Shown here one piece after another: positions 63,148 to 64,000 of a stretch of DNA of 64,000 nt; position 1 is the first letter of the stretch, and every line of letters begins with the position of its first letter. Origin of the DNA: Candidatus Parcubacteria bacterium (GTDB taxonomy: Bacteria > Patescibacteriota > Minisyncoccia > JACPXH01). The notes beneath the pieces were generated by a model. That model was not told the origin of the DNA. It worked only from the letters and a program-made list of their open reading frames with translations, and did not search any database. The stretch is taken from the NCBI GenBank assembly GCA_016196625.1, contig JACPXH010000007.1, positions 150,461 to 214,460 on the forward strand. The letters run 5' to 3'. A program made the position numbers and the translations under genes.

Positions 63148-64000
63148 CCATTTGTTTCAAAGAAAACTTCTCTTCAATCGTCTTGCGGCATGTCTTTCGA
63201 TTAATTTCCGGGAGCCGTTCTGTCGCCTTAATCATTTCCTCCGGCGCATCCACGACGAAACCGGTTCTCCCATGTTCTATTATTTCGGGCACCGAACCTT
63301 TTCTAAAACCAATCACCGGGGTTCCGCAAGCCATCGCTTCTGTCATAACAAGGCCAAACGGTTCTCGACGATCAATTGGAAAAAGAAGCGCTCTGGCATT
63401 TTTCAAAAGTTCCACTTTTTCTTCAAAATTCACTTGTCCGCGAAAACTGATGTGCTCATCATTGAGACGCGGTTGGATTTCATGCAGGAAGAATGACCAC
63501 TCGGCGTTTCCCGCGCTGTTTCCGGCGATAATCAGTTTCTGCCCCGCGGCTCTAGCCACTTCGATGGCGGTCAGCACGCCTTTCTCCATGTTAAGGCGGC
63601 TCAAATACAAAAGATAATCGCCGGGAGAATCATTGAATTCGTAACGCGCGGGATCGATGCCGTTATAGACCACGCCGCATACGGGAACGCCGAACTCCTC
63701 AATGCTTTTTTTATGATCTTCAGAAATCGCCACAAATTTGATTTTGTGGTAGGCCTTCATTGCCTCGGCGTACTGCTTGTCTACCGGCCGATGAACCGTA
63801 GTCAGAAATTGCGGACAATCAAGTCGAAGCGAGAGCGGAAACATGAAAAAGTTGAAATGGTTGTGGAGAATGTCGAATTCATAAAACCGATCAAATACCT
63901 CTTTCAACATCTGCATCACCGGCGCGTGCGGATTTTTCAATTCGTGGTCAAGCCAAATTGCCTTTTCGATGACAGGAATGAATTTTGCGGATGTTTTTGA
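63110..64000 (-). CDS. Glycosyltransferase family 1, N-terminus beyond the window end
   Basis: PIDRREPFGLVMTEAMACGTPVIGFRKGSVPEII. The frame stays open upstream of the track's TTG at 63940, through to the window edge (...IPVIEKAIWLDHELKNPH). Confidence 0.7.
   Translation of the reverse strand, partial: SKTSAKFIPVIEKAIWLDHELKNPHAPVMQMLKEVFDRFYEFDILHNHFNFFMFPLSLRLDCPQFLTTVHRPVDKQYAEAMKAYHKIKFVAISEDHKKSIEEFGVPVCGVVYNGIDPARYEFNDSPGDYLLYLSRLNMEKGVLTAIEVARAAGQKLIIAGNSAGNAEWSFFLHEIQPRLNDEHISFRGQVNFEEKVELLKNARALLFPIDRREPFGLVMTEAMACGTPVIGFRKGSVPEIIEHGRTGFVVDAPEEMIKATERLPEINRKTCRKTIEEKFSLKQMVDKYEKIYEKLA

Overview
This 64-kb window comes from a GC-rich (about 60%) bacterial chromosome. It has short AT-rich intergenic islands and many TTG/GTG starts; the supplied ORF track translates these as M (verified at 31795, 51789 and 63940). 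Gene content and style suggest an uncultivated small-genome bacterium, possibly Patescibacteria/CPR-like. That lineage guess is inference only, from an 11.2-kb repeat-rich surface protein gene, pilin-like and small membrane proteins, and a minimal SecA. Core genes left to right are: recA (5' partial), an HD hydrolase, the rpsF-ssb-rpsR operon (minus strand), ychF, an M23 peptidase, a PGM/PMM-family mutase, an SDR, a SET-domain protein, trpS, a CsaA/Trbp111-like tRNA-binding protein, RNase J, a Nudix hydrolase, tRNA-Leu(CAG), a SIS-domain PGI/PMI, an OppA-like SBP, secG, a DUF360 membrane protein, uvrC, uvrA, groES-groEL with a CIRCE operator, secA, lemA, a TrpR/YerC-like regulator, htpX, tRNA-Ser(GGA), a DM13 protein, dnaG, rpoD, an L,D-transpeptidase, a DUF1059 protein, and a terminal cluster of three GT1 glycosyltransferases plus a GDE-like glycosidase (the last GT1 is 5'-truncated by the window end). 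No rRNA and no CRISPR array were found. The unusual content is as follows. (1) A family of perfect 30-36 bp palindromes with an identical 28-bp core, CGCTACAATGTATCGATACATTGTAGCG, occurs at three sites. Two copies bracket the TrpR-like gene. A related perfect 32-bp palindrome sits downstream of trpS. (2) A ~150-240 bp structured element has two copies (secG leader region; uvrA 3' flank). It has conserved sequence blocks and compensatory changes in a hairpin. (3) Downstream of uvrA is a compact accessory segment: three tiny genes, each with AGGAGG plus an 8-nt spacer; a Phd/YefM-RelE/ParE toxin-antitoxin pair with its own promoter and palindromic operator; and a nucleotidyltransferase-fold protein that carries an embedded palindromic repeat. 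(4) An 11.2-kb gene encodes a 3738-aa surface protein with a BNR/sialidase-like propeller, about a dozen copies of an uncharacterised ~150-aa module, and near-identical internal DNA duplications. (5) Three membrane proteins share a ~45-aa N-terminal module. (6) Several intergenic repeat families were found: a GTCATYSYGAG...CTCRSRATGAC palindromic element (4 loci), CAAAT/TTCAAA word-hairpin elements (3 loci), and an iteron-like 11-mer array between rpsF and ssb. (7) Two rearrangement scars: a decayed duplicate of the htpX 3' end, and a duplicated tRNA-Ser 3' end 187 bp downstream of the tRNA.
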